Positions 38,883 through 51,098 are shown, counted from the first letter of the whole stretch. The stretch: DNA of 60,744 nt, filler included, from Dimargaris cristalligena (GCA_003614675.1; 9 parts of 9 records of this genome joined end to end with filler, not necessarily neighbours in it); one strand, 5' to 3'. Program-made: numbers and translations. The notes: generated from the sequence alone by a model not told the origin.

Positions 38883-39460
38883 TGTCAGCCCTCCTAATCC
38901 AACTTAATCCAGACCTAACAATCACCCACCCTTATTAGGCCTTATAGTACTATATTAACCCCCCTATAATCACCCCCAGTACTATGGGGTTGTCATTTAT
39001 TATATAACCCTACTCATTCTGACCCCAACACTTTGTACCCCAAATACTCAACTTGCTGATCCTCTTCTAGTTCCCATAAGAGTCTTCCCAATGTGAAGTC
39101 CTCCAGTTGGATTCTTTACCTATCCATGCCTTAGCCTTAGTAGCATTCCCCCTTGGGACCTCACTTTGGAGCCATCCCCGCATATATATAACTGGGCCCC
39201 ACTGGGACCGGTTCAATTCCTCAGCTTATTCATTCCCCTAGTTTACTCTAATAAACTCTATATATACTTACCCCTTCATCTAACCAGTAAGTGTGCCTGC
39301 TGCATATCCCTTATATTTACCTGCAGCTGTCCTTTATTTGTTAGTACCACACCCCCACCATAATGCTAGTAGCCTGCTTGGCTAAGCGTAAGCCCCGCCT
39401 ACCATTAAAAGCCTATCCTCGGGACTCTTAACAGACTAAGAGTGGATAACCTGGGTGACA
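38883..39460. mobile_element. Solo LTR, family A, with 5-bp TSD GGGAC
   Basis: GGGAC|TGTCAGCC...GGGTGACA|GGGAC. Confidence 0.92.
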
Positions 39461-39481
39461 GGGACTATAGCTACTTTATAT

Positions 39482-39617
39482 GGGTGAAGTTCGGCTCGAC
39501 TGTATAGGGTTTTAATTAATATGTGTATGGGAAAATCGGCGGGATGTTTATTTTCAACCAGTAATATTTGCCTCATCAAATGGATTTTTTGTTATACAGC
39601 CTGGTTGAATAATTCCC
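39482..39617 (+). mobile_element. 136-bp MITE copy with ATAT TSD
   Basis: ATAT|GGGTGAAGTTCGG...GAATAATTCCC|ATAT. Confidence 0.9.
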
Positions 39618-40097
39618 ATATTCACTCTTCAACAGCCTTGTTAAAGTAATAAGATTAATAGTTTTTGGTTTAATAGATGAGTTTTTTATAGAAGAATATT
39701 TATTTGGAAAAAAGTGTGGTATAATTGGTAATATATGGCTAGTTCATTTTCTTAGTGGATTGCTCCTCTGAACTAGGGAGTAAAATAGGCGGGTTTTTAT
39801 ACCCGAATTGCAAGACTAGGGTGGAATGATCACAACAGGTGCTGAATGGTCATTGATGATGATTTCTCCCATCTCGACCATTCTCCTTCAACACTTTATG
39901 ACCTCATAGCCTAGAAAATACCATCTTCTCTCATGATTTCAGAGATAACGGCTAGTTCTAGGCTACGAGTTCAGTGTTGGCACTCGTTTTCGGGTTTCAA
40001 AAATATAAATGGTAATAGACTGGGGTTTTGATAGACCCGATGAGGAATTGATAAAAATAGGCTTTCCTCAAACCTGTGCTATGCAGCAGTACAGATC

Positions 40098-40424
40098 TGT
40101 AGTAACACAGCCCGGGGATCCGGGAGGGTTCAATGTGGCCCTATCGGGTTGAAGGGCACCGGACCATGAGGAGGAGGCCGGAAACAACAGTTCAAGTGGA
40201 GAGCGGGGATGGGATGAAGAGGGCGGAGGAGACACCTCTGGGCTCTCAGTGAACTGACGCTTCGAGCGGAACATAGGGTTTACTTAAATCAAATAACTAT
40301 TATAAAAATTGGTAATTTGTTTCATTTTTTAAGAAAGAATGAAATAATATATATATATATATGTAAATTGAACTTAAGGACCGTTGTGGCAAGGTGGAGT
40401 GTCCCCTTGATTGCCACAGCTACA
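40098..40424. mobile_element. Repeat family C, second copy
   Basis: TGTAGTAACACAGCCCGGGGATCC...GCTACA; direct repeat of 38593-38882. Confidence 0.75.
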
Positions 40425-40639
40425 AATTATTACTATTTGACTATTATATTTATATACAAGGTATGAAGCGGCTTTTTTTATCTGGTATATCCAGTTTTTT
40501 TCCCTTCCCTTTTAACCCATTCTTTCTATACGAATTTTTNNNNNNNNNNNNNNNNNNNNNNNNNNNNNNNNNNNNNNNNNNNNTTAATTAATTAANNNNN
40601 NNNNNNNNNNNNNNNNNNNNNNNNNNNNNNNNNNNNNNN

Positions 40640-40742
40640 TACAGTTTAATAAAACTAACCACCTAGAGGCACCTACTGTCCTCTAGCTGCTTTCTTCCCT
40701 TACTTCCAGTTTTATTTCTTTTACATCCTTAGTATTCCAACA
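40640..40742. mobile_element. Family G LTR fragment at contig start
   Basis: Reverse complement of 20706-20810, ending AGTATTCCAACA. Confidence 0.85.
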
Positions 40743-42280
40743 GTACCAGTAGATAAAGGGGAGAATGTAGATTTAATTTGCAAATAATATTTATTAATAA
40801 ACTACTAGTTTGTTAATTTGTAAACCAAAACACCCATAGCAGTCTTGAAACTGGTCCATTTTCAAATAAGGGGGGTGCAAAGTAGTTGTTCTAATAACCC
40901 ATTTTCATTTTGTGGTTCCAATAATCACCATTTGGCCAACATGGCTCGTAAAGTAAAACATTGAATCACATTAGTCGGGGTAGTTACTTCTGGCTAGAGT
41001 AGGGCCCTTCATGCTATTGGCCATACCACATCATAAAATGGGGCATTACCATCCGAAACATCAGCACTCATCAATTAGATTCTATGACCCATCAGCCAAA
41101 CTGATACCCGAATGCTAGAGCCTGATCATGGACTGCTTGGTAGTCTTATATAACCAGCCATCACTAACCATTTTACTTGGAGGTGGAATCGGTATAGTTT
41201 TCTTCTGTTGGGGGAGTTTCTTTAGGCTATTCCAGTACCAGATGATAAAGCATTGGCTAGACTAACTACACCATCTGCCACCATTTATCCCCTAAGCGAT
41301 AGTAATAAACGTAATCATTTTCTAGGTGACATGTGTCCGTTAAAAAATTACAGGTCAGCGTAAGTCTACGATCGGATCACAAGGCTATGTACCTAAGGAG
41401 ACAGTCAATATGGCGCCTTATAATGAGGAAACCACAATACTATAAAAATTAATGGATAAAAGAACAACACACCTTGACATTTATTTAATAGGGACGAAAA
41501 ATGAGGTCGTGATCTATTTCAAAGAGAGAACAATAATTACAAAAAAAAAATCGAAGACAATGAAATCGTCAACTCCCCATTAAATTGAAAATATTACGAA
41601 GGTGGAAGGTGTAAAAAATATACGTCAGGAATAAAAGACTCGATAGAGCCATCAATATATTAGGGCTATAGAAAATTAAAAGAGATGGTATGTATGTAGA
41701 AAGAGATAGTTGATAATATATGTATACGTAAATACTATACGGACGTAATTTTGACAAGAAATACGCTGAAACAAGTGAAATGGCTATGGGAAAGTCTAAA
41801 TTGAAAGCAAACATAAACAGCTACGATCGGCGAATTGAAGATAGGACGGAACTATCGGATTTTCCGAAAGAAAGAGCATGACAGCAATGAAACGTAAGAA
41901 GATGCGAGAAACATGGAATGTGATATAATGGCATATTGGGGAATAAATAGCAATCATGCGCGAAAATAAAAGCCCGCCTCTCAAAATCCAGTAGGACCAA
42001 GCCCGGCTAAAACATAGAATTAGAAAGGGGACAATTAGTGGTAGTAAGGAACATATCCATTTACTGTACAGGCGTCGACGCCGGAGTCAAAATATTACCA
42101 GGTGGATGACCACGCATGCGGTGCGGGGAATGACCATTACTGCCACTGCTGCTATGGTTGATACCCCCTCCGACATTCTTATCCGTGCTCATGGATAACA
42201 TGGGTCGCTCGACGGGAAAGGGGTCATTGCTGGCACGGTTGGAATTGCTCACACCGAGACTACCTGATCGCAAACGTTGC

Positions 42281-45200
42281 TTAGGGGGGGGGAACTGGCG
42301 ATGACCCCGCCGATTTGGCCACGAGGGCAGGCGAACTTGTTACCGTTGGCGATTGACCACCAACGCCAGTATGACTAGCCCCAGCGTTCATTGCCGAAGT
42401 AGGCATATGGGGGTCCAGGCCTAAAATGGCGTTGCGAATTGACGGCAGGTTGAGCATAGGACCAATGGCAATAGGTTCCAGCTTCTCATCGTAACGCCCA
42501 ATGGAAGCCAGAGACATTTTGCCCATGCCTGAGATATTACCATCAGCAGACGTAGACGCATCCTGTAGCAAAGCCACAAAGGCCCGTAGTTTGGCGAGCG
42601 CATCCTCAAGTTGAACCGCCTTTGATTGCAATTGGGTTTCAGCCGCTAAGCGTTTATCGTCCGTCTCCCGCAGAGATTGGCGAAGTTGGGATAATTCCCG
42701 CTTGGTACTGTTCAAGTCCCGTTGCGTTTGGAGGAATTTAGCTTCCATGTTGCGCAATTTCTGCTGTAAACCAGGGACAGACAGGGGCCCCAGCGCGATG
42801 CTAGATGCGGCCGAGTCAGCAGTCCCTGTGGGACGCATGAGAGGAGACGGGGTGGCACCACGGGCATCGATTTCACCCATCGCCGAGGATCCGCTATCAA
42901 AACGAACGGACCGCCCGAGGCCGGCCTCGGGAGGTACCAGGGCGTAGGCCTCGATCTGAGTATGTGTCTGACGGAGTTCGGTCTCCAACTTCTTGATCCG
43001 AGCGGCTGACCGGTTAAGCTGATCCTGCAATTTGGTAATCACCTCCTCTTTCAAGTCCGCCTCATCGACCAGCGTGGCCAGGTTACCTAGGCTGCGCAAT
43101 TGAGCCTCAGCCATCTCCCTCTGATTGTTGGCATCATCCGTTTGCCGGGCAGCTCGATTCAAGGCAGCCGTCTGTCGCTCCAGCTGGTGCCTCAATTCCA
43201 TTTGGTCAGACTCCAGCTCTTGGATTTGAGCATAAGCTTTGGAGAGCTGGTCTTGTAATTGAGTCGCTCGCCCATTAGCCAATTTAGTGGCCTCCAGAGT
43301 GGACTGGATAATAGACTGGGTTTTCTTGTCACTCTGTCGAAGGGCCTCCAGTTCCTCGTGCATGGCCTCCATTTGAAAGAACCGGGCGTCAAGATCGGCT
43401 TGGACGGACTGTACCTCAGCCTCTGTGTGACCCCGCGCTTGGCCATTCACGGATTGATGAGCCGACAGGGCTTCGAGTTCTTCCCGGGCATCCGCGTATA
43501 GCTGGTGCAGTTGGGACTGATCAGACTGGCCGCTGTCAATGGTGCGGTGGGCATCGTTGAGGCGCTGGTGGGTCTGCTCCAGTTGGGAGCTAGCCTCATG
43601 CAACTGAGTCCGCAGAGCACTATTGTCGTTGATAAGATTGGCCATTTGTCGCTCCATTTGGCTTGTACGAACTACCTCCACCTGTTGAAGGAGTTCCGAG
43701 TTGGACTCTTCAATGGCTTGCCACTTGGCGCGCAGGTACAAGGCCTCTTGAAGGGCGTTCTGGCGGGAACGTTCGGCATCGGCAATGCGTTCGACAGCGG
43801 CGTTAGAAAGAGTAGTGACCGAAGTCCGGGTATCCTCCACTTCTTGGTGTAATCGGAGTAAGGCCTGCATCAATTTTGCCTTGATGGGGTCTTCTTGGAT
43901 TGCCTGGATTTGCTCCTCGTTAAATGTGTTTATAGGGAAAGAATGGGTGGGTGAGGAGCGGGCGGCATCCGATCCATCCGGGTTGCGACAATAGGGGCTA
44001 CTGGTCACTACGGTATCCACCGTACGCCAGGCATCGTTGACAAGGTCTTGAGTAGGGTTGGCGGCTTCAGAGTCTCGGTTGAGTAAGGTCGTTTGCTCGG
44101 AGGACTCGCCGGGGGGTGAATGCAAAACCTGTCGTAAACCAGACTTCTTTATGGCGATGGAGCTGTCGGCCCCTCGCCGGGCGCCCTCGTTATCGGCCCG
44201 GAACTCAGGACTGGTACGATGGTTGGTTCCAGATCCCAGTGAGCCACCTTCACCGCCCACGGGATTTGAGAGAGGTGAGCGAACATTAATGGACAAGCGA
44301 CGGTCGCTGCCAAGGGAGGTCAAGGAATCCACCCGTTGAACCACTAACTCAGGGTCAGAAGCCAAAGGAGAACTACTTAGGCGCTCGGAAAGTGAGCTAG
44401 CGCCTTCAATCGATGGGGACCGGACAATGGATAACCGATTCCGCAATTCAATAGTGAGTCGCTTATCCGAACGGCGATCCTGGCTCTGTTGTCGCGAACG
44501 AGAGGCACCCGTGTTGATGAATTCGTCGGAATCTTTCGGAGAAGGGAGGGAGCCTTCACTTCCCATTTGGGAACCACGCCGGTCCATGTCAGATGTCATT
44601 TGCGAAAAAGGACGGCCCACCGCGTGCGATATTCTTACCGGGGGCTGGGAAGTATTATCGTACTTGGACAGCTGGGAAGTACTCCGCTCGTGGTGGATTC
44701 GGCCAATCGAGGGGTTTGACACAAACTCGGTGGGAAGGTGAGTCTGACTATCAGTCTGACTGGAGGGACTTGGAATCTGGCTGACAGAAGTATTAATACC
44801 AAGAGCGTGTATAGAGGGAGGAGTCCCTTGGACTGAACTCGATATGGTGGTATTGAGTATAGGGGATTCCGCGCGCTCATTCAGTTCGGCGGTTAACGAA
44901 TGAAAGGTTGAATTCGCGCTGGTTGATGAAATATCAACGGAGTCGATGGGTAAAGGTGGCTGGGAGTAATCGGGGGGAGTGGGAACTTTCTTATCCACAA
45001 ACGAGCCCAGGCTAACCGAAGAAGTTCCGGGCGAGGGGGCGTTGGTTTCGATAGGAACAGATGGGATAACAGTAAATACAACGAAAGGAGTTTCGGACTC
45101 TGGGACATGGCCGCCTAGATAAAACAGCCGGTCTCGGGTAGCGAGAAATCGCCCCCCTGGTCGCCGAGTCCAGGCTCGATCGGTGGTACCAGCATGGAAC

Positions 45201-47097
45201 CAGAGGTTGGCTAGATGGAAGGAATAATTCGACGTGTCCAACATTAAGAATAGAGTAACGTTAACCAATCAGATATATAATTATAGTATGACGATTAGTC
45301 CATGCCAAAAAATCGCGAGGCGCGGAAACAAACCCGCCTTATAAAGGCGACAAGTCCCCTGAGCGGAGGAATCCCCAACGACAATAAGGATGTGCGATGG
45401 AACCCCGACAGGATCAATCGTCGAACGATCGACCCCAACCAATGCACTTTATGACAGATTCACAAAGGGTGGATTCCGGCAGAAAAGAGAGAACGGAGAG
45501 ACTGGGGACGGCGATTTACCTGATAGATTATAAGCATAAGTATCCTTAGTAATTTTCTTGTTATTCTGCTGGCCACCTAGGATGACCATGTAACCGTCAA
45601 TTATAAATGAGCTGTGGCTAGCCCGCGGTGGCGGAATTTCACCCTGGGGTTTAAGGATGGACCAGGTCTTTTCAACTAGGTCAAAAACCCATAGATCGTT
45701 GAAAAAGCGTTCGCTGTCACAGCCTCCGAAACTAGAAAAGGGCGGAAGGAACCACCGGGGAAAGGTGTGTACGGAGAGGGGAGGGGATAAGATAAAGTAA
45801 TTGCCAAATTAGTCAGTAGTCGTTCATGATTATCGAAGGGGGGTGCTTTTCAACCGCACCTACCAATCATTGGGAATATATTAGACATATACCCTGGGAA
45901 AGTGGGGTTTAGTCAGTGAATGCACGTAAGGAAAAAAAGGTATAGCCTAAGCCATACTTTGTAGAGTTGGCTACGACCTCCACTTATAAAGGCAACCTGT
46001 GGCACTTACATGTACAACTTATTATCGTAAATACAAGACGAGTGGAACGCACGTTTGGGCGGGTATAGATTGTTAACCGGACTGAGGAATTGCCAACGGG
46101 CCCCATCGTGTTTAACTACATGGCAGAGTAGAAACAAAAGGCATAAAAGGGTCGAGTTAGACCATATCGAGAGGGGGGACAGTTGTACAGCAATCGCCAT
46201 ATAAAGGTCCAGGATAAATAATAATAAGATTCCGATGGACAGGGTGGCCTAATAAACCTATTTGAGGCAAAAGCCAAATAGATTCTAGGCAGGGGTAAAA
46301 CGATGAGACTACTTACCGGTCCGTAGGTCAAACAGAGCAATGTCATTGGCGTAACCGTCACGAGTCACACCGAATGATACACACATGGCATGGCCGTAGA
46401 GGGAGCAGGCGTGACCTTGCCGACCCCGAAAGGCCTGTCCGTCTAGCTTAATAGTAAACCAGCGCGAGTGCTGCAGAGTGTACATGTAGACCTGGGAGTC
46501 GTCGAACGAACCGTCGCTAAGACGACCACCAAAGACCAGCATGGCTCGACCAATGAAAATAGCGCAGTGATGAATACGGGGACTGGGGGGAGTACCGGCG
46601 GTTTCAATGGTTTTAAAATTTAAATTACGGGGATTAAATTGGACCAGGTCGGACATATACTGGGAGCCGGCACGACCGCCGAATACATAGGCGTCCTGGC
46701 CGTCAAAGGCTAGGGAAAAATCGTTACGAGGGAAGGCCGGGTGTTCCGGGTGCTTGAATCCCTTCCACGAAACTTTGGCGCACGGTATATTTGACCGGTC
46801 ACCAGGTGTGGCGGACCCACCCTGGACTACGGGACCGGCGGTTGGGCCGGTAGCGGGCGAAGCCATCGACGAATAACTGGATGACGCAGTAGAAGAGCCC
46901 GGCTGGGTGACAGCGGATACCCGCTTGTTTTTCGGTGGCGGAGCAGGTGGTGGCTGCGATGGGCTAAACGAGCTGTGTAAACCACCGCCGGCACGGGCGG
47001 GTGGGGTAGGAGGTAGACCAGAGCTGGTGGAGCGCTTCTGTGAGGTAGACTGACTGTGGCTACTATGGGAGCCCTTCAGCTTGTTGAAAAAAGACAT
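42281..47097 (-). CDS. Kelch-repeat plus C-terminal coiled-coil cell-polarity protein (Kel1/Tea1-like); exons 47097-46317, 46115-46010, 45731-45520, 45210-42281
   Basis: Repeated kelch motifs (YVFGG, PSPRIHH, LVFGG, GRQGH, PPKRAFH, IFGG..FFNDLW, PPPRASH) and a long heptad-rich C-terminus. Three GT-AG introns give a 4029-nt in-frame join. Confidence 0.88.
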
Positions 47098-47379
47098 GGG
47101 CGACGGATAAATAGAAATAAAGGGAGGTATGGGCTAACAAGGGACAGATAAGAGATGCACCCCAACACTTAAGTGATACCCCACTGAACAGGATGGACAC
47201 AAGTGGGTGAATATATAAAATACAGGAAAAGATGGGGGAGGGCCGGTGAACAAAGACAATGAACCACGACGGGGGGGGGNNNNNNNNNNNNNNNNNNNNN
47301 NNNNNNNNNNNNNNNNNNNNNNNTTAATTAATTAANNNNNNNNNNNNNNNNNNNNNNNNNNNNNNNNNNNNNNNNNNNN

Positions 47380-47465
47380 AACCACCTAGAGGCACCTGGC
47401 ATCCTCTAGCTGCTTTCTTCCCTTTCTTCCAGTTTTATTTCCTTTAAGTCCTTAGTATTTCAACA
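47380..47465. mobile_element. Family G LTR fragment at contig start
   Basis: Matches 40657-40742; ends AGTATTTCAACA. Confidence 0.85.
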
Positions 47466-48170
47466 GCTATCACCAGACAAGGGTGGTGCCACACAAGTAC
47501 TAGTAGAGCTGCAGTTTGTCATTGGGTTAGAAGTAATGTATTCAACAGTAAAGTCGGTAGGGGGCATTTTAAGAGGTTAGAACTTAAAGACATATAATAA
47601 CTAAATAAACTGATACTATTAGACAGAAATGGGTGAAAATAATGTCCATTGGGCATATTTTTTTAGCAAGGCCTAACTGTGTGGACTCTTCGCAAGTTAA
47701 TATTGGAGAATGACCACTACATTGAACTTGTTTAAATGAGCCAGTGCAATTGTTGAAATTCTTAAAATATATTGCTGCGGCCTGATGAACCAAAGTAGTT
47801 TGAGTGTGATATTCCCAGGTTGGGGCGACATGGGTCTTGCTTGTAGGGGTAGTTCAATTACCAATGTATCAGGATTTGGAAAGCAGGTTTGTAAAATAAA
47901 AATGCATTTATAGAATACGTAGAAGCTAAGTTAAAATATCCATCTCATATCCCCAAGAAATCCATCAATGTCGACTGCCTGTATCATCTGGTCACAGTCT
48001 CAGCCAACATTTGGCCTTTCTTGGTCAAGCCAGTGACGAAAATGGCCTAGAATTTAATTAAAGAGTACCTATAATAGACAATACGTCTTTAAGCGGTTAA
48101 GAATTTGAAGAGTGTGGTCCAGCAGTTTTTTGGGGTTGACTACCATGTAGGATAAAATTTTTAATAGTTT

Positions 48171-48306
48171 GGGTGAAATTCGATCCCACCGTGCACGAAT
48201 TTAAATGGTATGTGTATTGGAAAATATGCGGGAAAATCATTTTTAGCCAGTAGGCCTCGCCTCATCCAACGCATGTTTCGTTATACAGCTGAGTTAAACC
48301 TTTCCC
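48171..48306 (+). mobile_element. 136-bp MITE family, diverged copy ~56 bp past the 48363 stop codon
   Basis: GGGTGAAATTCGATCCC ... TTCGTTATACAGCTGAGTTAAACCTTTCCC. Confidence 0.8.
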
Positions 48307-48362
48307 CTATTCAATATGGAAGGTGTGTATAAATGGTCCAGGCGACCTACTTATTGCTCATT

Positions 48363-49904
48363 TTAATGACTTTTGGGAGCAGGAAGAGTGACTCTGCGGT
48401 TGGGAACAGCTTCGTGGTAGATACGAAGTGCGAGTTGGCCTTCGGCTGTAAGGTACACGGGGAAATAGTTTGGCATGAAGTGCTCGCAAAGTACCCTCAA
48501 TGAACGCGGGCTAGCTTCGGGAGCCTCCCATTTCTGGGCGGCCCGGAACCAGCCGTATACTTGGGCACAGCGTTTTAAATCGAATGCGATGTCATTCTGG
48601 GGAAGTATTTCTTCCAGCCAAGCCACCAAAGGCTCAAACCCCAACTGGACGGCCATAGCCAGGCCGGTTCGGAAGAGGCTCGGATAGAGGCTAGTCGACT
48701 GAACATCGGTCAACGAAGCGGCATGCCAGGCCCGGGCCCCATCGACATTGCCTTGGGCAATCAACATAATCCAGGTCGACCCAATAACCATGTGTTTGAG
48801 GTGGATGAAAAACGAATTCTGGAGGAATTGTACACGACTTTTGGTGCGGCCCGAGGCGTCGTTATTGGCGCCACCTACACTAGGCTGATCAACCTGGGCC
48901 AACGTTGCTGCGAAATTCCAATATTTAAGGGGAAGCTGAAGCCCTATCCAACGACTCCATTTTTCATCGAAATGGTTTAAAAGTGGGTGTTGAATTAGCT
49001 TAGTCAAGCGGGCCAGATTATCATCCTGGTCCCAGTTGGCAACCATTTGCAGGATGGGGAAAAATGCATCCATAACCCCGGATAACTCCTCGACGTGGAC
49101 CACTTTGGTTTCGTAGTAAATTCGTTCCAGCTCCGTATGAAAATCCCTAAAACCGTTACGATAGGTTTCGGTGGTGGCCAAGAACGAAGGACGGAGCGGC
49201 TCTCCGCATACGGACTGATCAGGTTGAAGCCAGCGATAATTACCATCCTTATCGCAGAAATTGGGACGGTTTCCACCGAAATCTCTTTCAGCGGTATTTC
49301 GGAACATTAATCCGAGACGGTTGACCGAAATTGTAGACAGTTTATCGTAAATAAGTCGCTGCACCATGGTTGGGCGCACGAAGCCTTCAAGTAAGGTCGT
49401 CAAAACGTCCGCACTTAAAGTTACATTAGCATCAGTGCTTGCCCATCCTGGATCGTTAAGGGCCTGGTAGTAAGGATAAGTACGGATTTAGATTATTTGA
49501 GGTTGACCGTATTAATAATGCGTTAAATCGACAATGGGTGATATGAAAAAGTCGAGTCATGCATGGCAGGGTGTCTTGGCCATTTTTTATTGGCGAACCA
49601 GTGAGCATATCATACAGCCAGTCAGGTCCACTGTGTTTGCTTATATTTACAGGAAATAATAGATAATTGAGCGGGGTTATGCACTTACCCTGACAACCGA
49701 ATTTTTCTGAACTCGGTATATACCATTATGCCATTTTCTGGATGTCCACATACTCCAAAATTGGCTTTCAAAAGTCATTCGGGACCATATTTGTTCCAAT
49801 AGCTCATCAGGCAGGCCTTCAGAACCCGACATGGGGGACGCGAGGCATGTAAAGGGTAAGGCCACTGCCAAGACTCCAAACCCCATTCGAGATACTTTAA
49901 CCAT
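48363..49904 (-). CDS. Secreted F-box-like protein (~438 aa); exons 49904-49689 and 49463-48363
   Basis: Signal peptide MVKVSRMGFGVLAVALPFTCLASP, then LPDELLEQIWSRMTFESQFWSMWTSRKWH. Donor AGG|GTAAGT at 49688 and acceptor ACCAG|GCC at 49464 join in phase 0 (SVVR|ALNDPGW...) into the 346-aa ORF. Confidence 0.8.
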
Positions 49905-51002
49905 TAAAGCGGCGGATTTGAGAACTACTATAAGTAAAAAATATACAGCGGGTACAATTAGATAGATGCAGTCAGGCCACGTTGAGCGCAAAACGTCAAA
50001 TAAAAATAAATATCACTATAGTGCAGCTTGCTAGTAGGCAGGATCAAAAGCTGGAAATAGCATGGGCCTAATATAAACGAAAAAGTAAGTACTTAATATG
50101 TTGACGAGGGTGGCTGTAGCTCAACATTTATTGATTTACACATGGGCTTCCATGGGAATGGGGTTTATAGGAAGCGAAGTAGCAAGGACAAGCACCCCTA
50201 GGTTCCAAGTAGGCGGGTCTTTAAGGGGTATTATTCTTGTCGGTTAATCGCCCAACCATTGCTATTTTAACGGTTACATCCGTGCCACCCTTGAGGTTGT
50301 AGTGGCTGTATACCTCGAAGGACAGATCCCTGAATAGGGACGCATCTTCCAAGTCAAGGGGTGAGCAACGCGTTAGCATGATATATCTCCCCTACTGGCA
50401 CCCATTCACACCGACCTGAAATAATGATGCTCTTAGATCTGTCCCTTCATCACAAAGGACCACTGGTCATACCTGTTTACATCTACGAGTAAACCATCTG
50501 ATATTCGTTCCACAGCATTTACTTTGCCAAACCCCAGCCTTGTTGTTCCAATCGCGCACTATAGCCTTCAGTTCACTAAGTCAGGCCACTGTGATAATCA
50601 GGTATAGAGAGTTGACCGATAACTCAATTCTACATTGGGAAACCCCAAGCGCCAATTAGCCGAGTGCTGTAGCCCCGTTAGACAGATTATTGCAATACAA
50701 TCATCAACCAAGTAGTGGTCTGACTGGTATCCTCGTATCCGCAACTTCTATCCAGTTCATTTTTCGACAATATTAGTTCCAGAACTAAAAGGTTTGCAAT
50801 ACATATGGCCATGTTGTTTTCCGAAAAAATGGCTATGCAACCGAAATTACAGCGATCCGCGCGAAATCCAATACTTGTTGAAAAATATGCCCCGACGAGT
50901 TTATTATATGCTCTCCTGTTTCGGACCAGTTACGTTGGTTTATTTAGTTATTTTTTGTCCTACCATTTGAACCGCTTAAAATGCACCCTACCGAATACAC
51001 TA

Positions 51003-51098
51003 TTCAATAAAACTGACCAGCTAAGGGATACCCGCTGTCCTCTAGTGGTTTTCTTTCTTTACTTCCAGTTCTATTAATAAGCCCTTAGTATGTCTAAT
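51003..51098. mobile_element. Degenerate family G LTR fragment
   Basis: TTCAATAAAACTGACC...TCCTCTAG...TTACTTCCAGTT...CCTTAGTAT is similar to 40645-40742. Confidence 0.6.

Noticed and set aside
49905..49991. Upstream extension MRSTWPDC... of the F-box exon
   Set aside because: It begins at a non-ATG codon. The ATG at 49904 gives the signal peptide.
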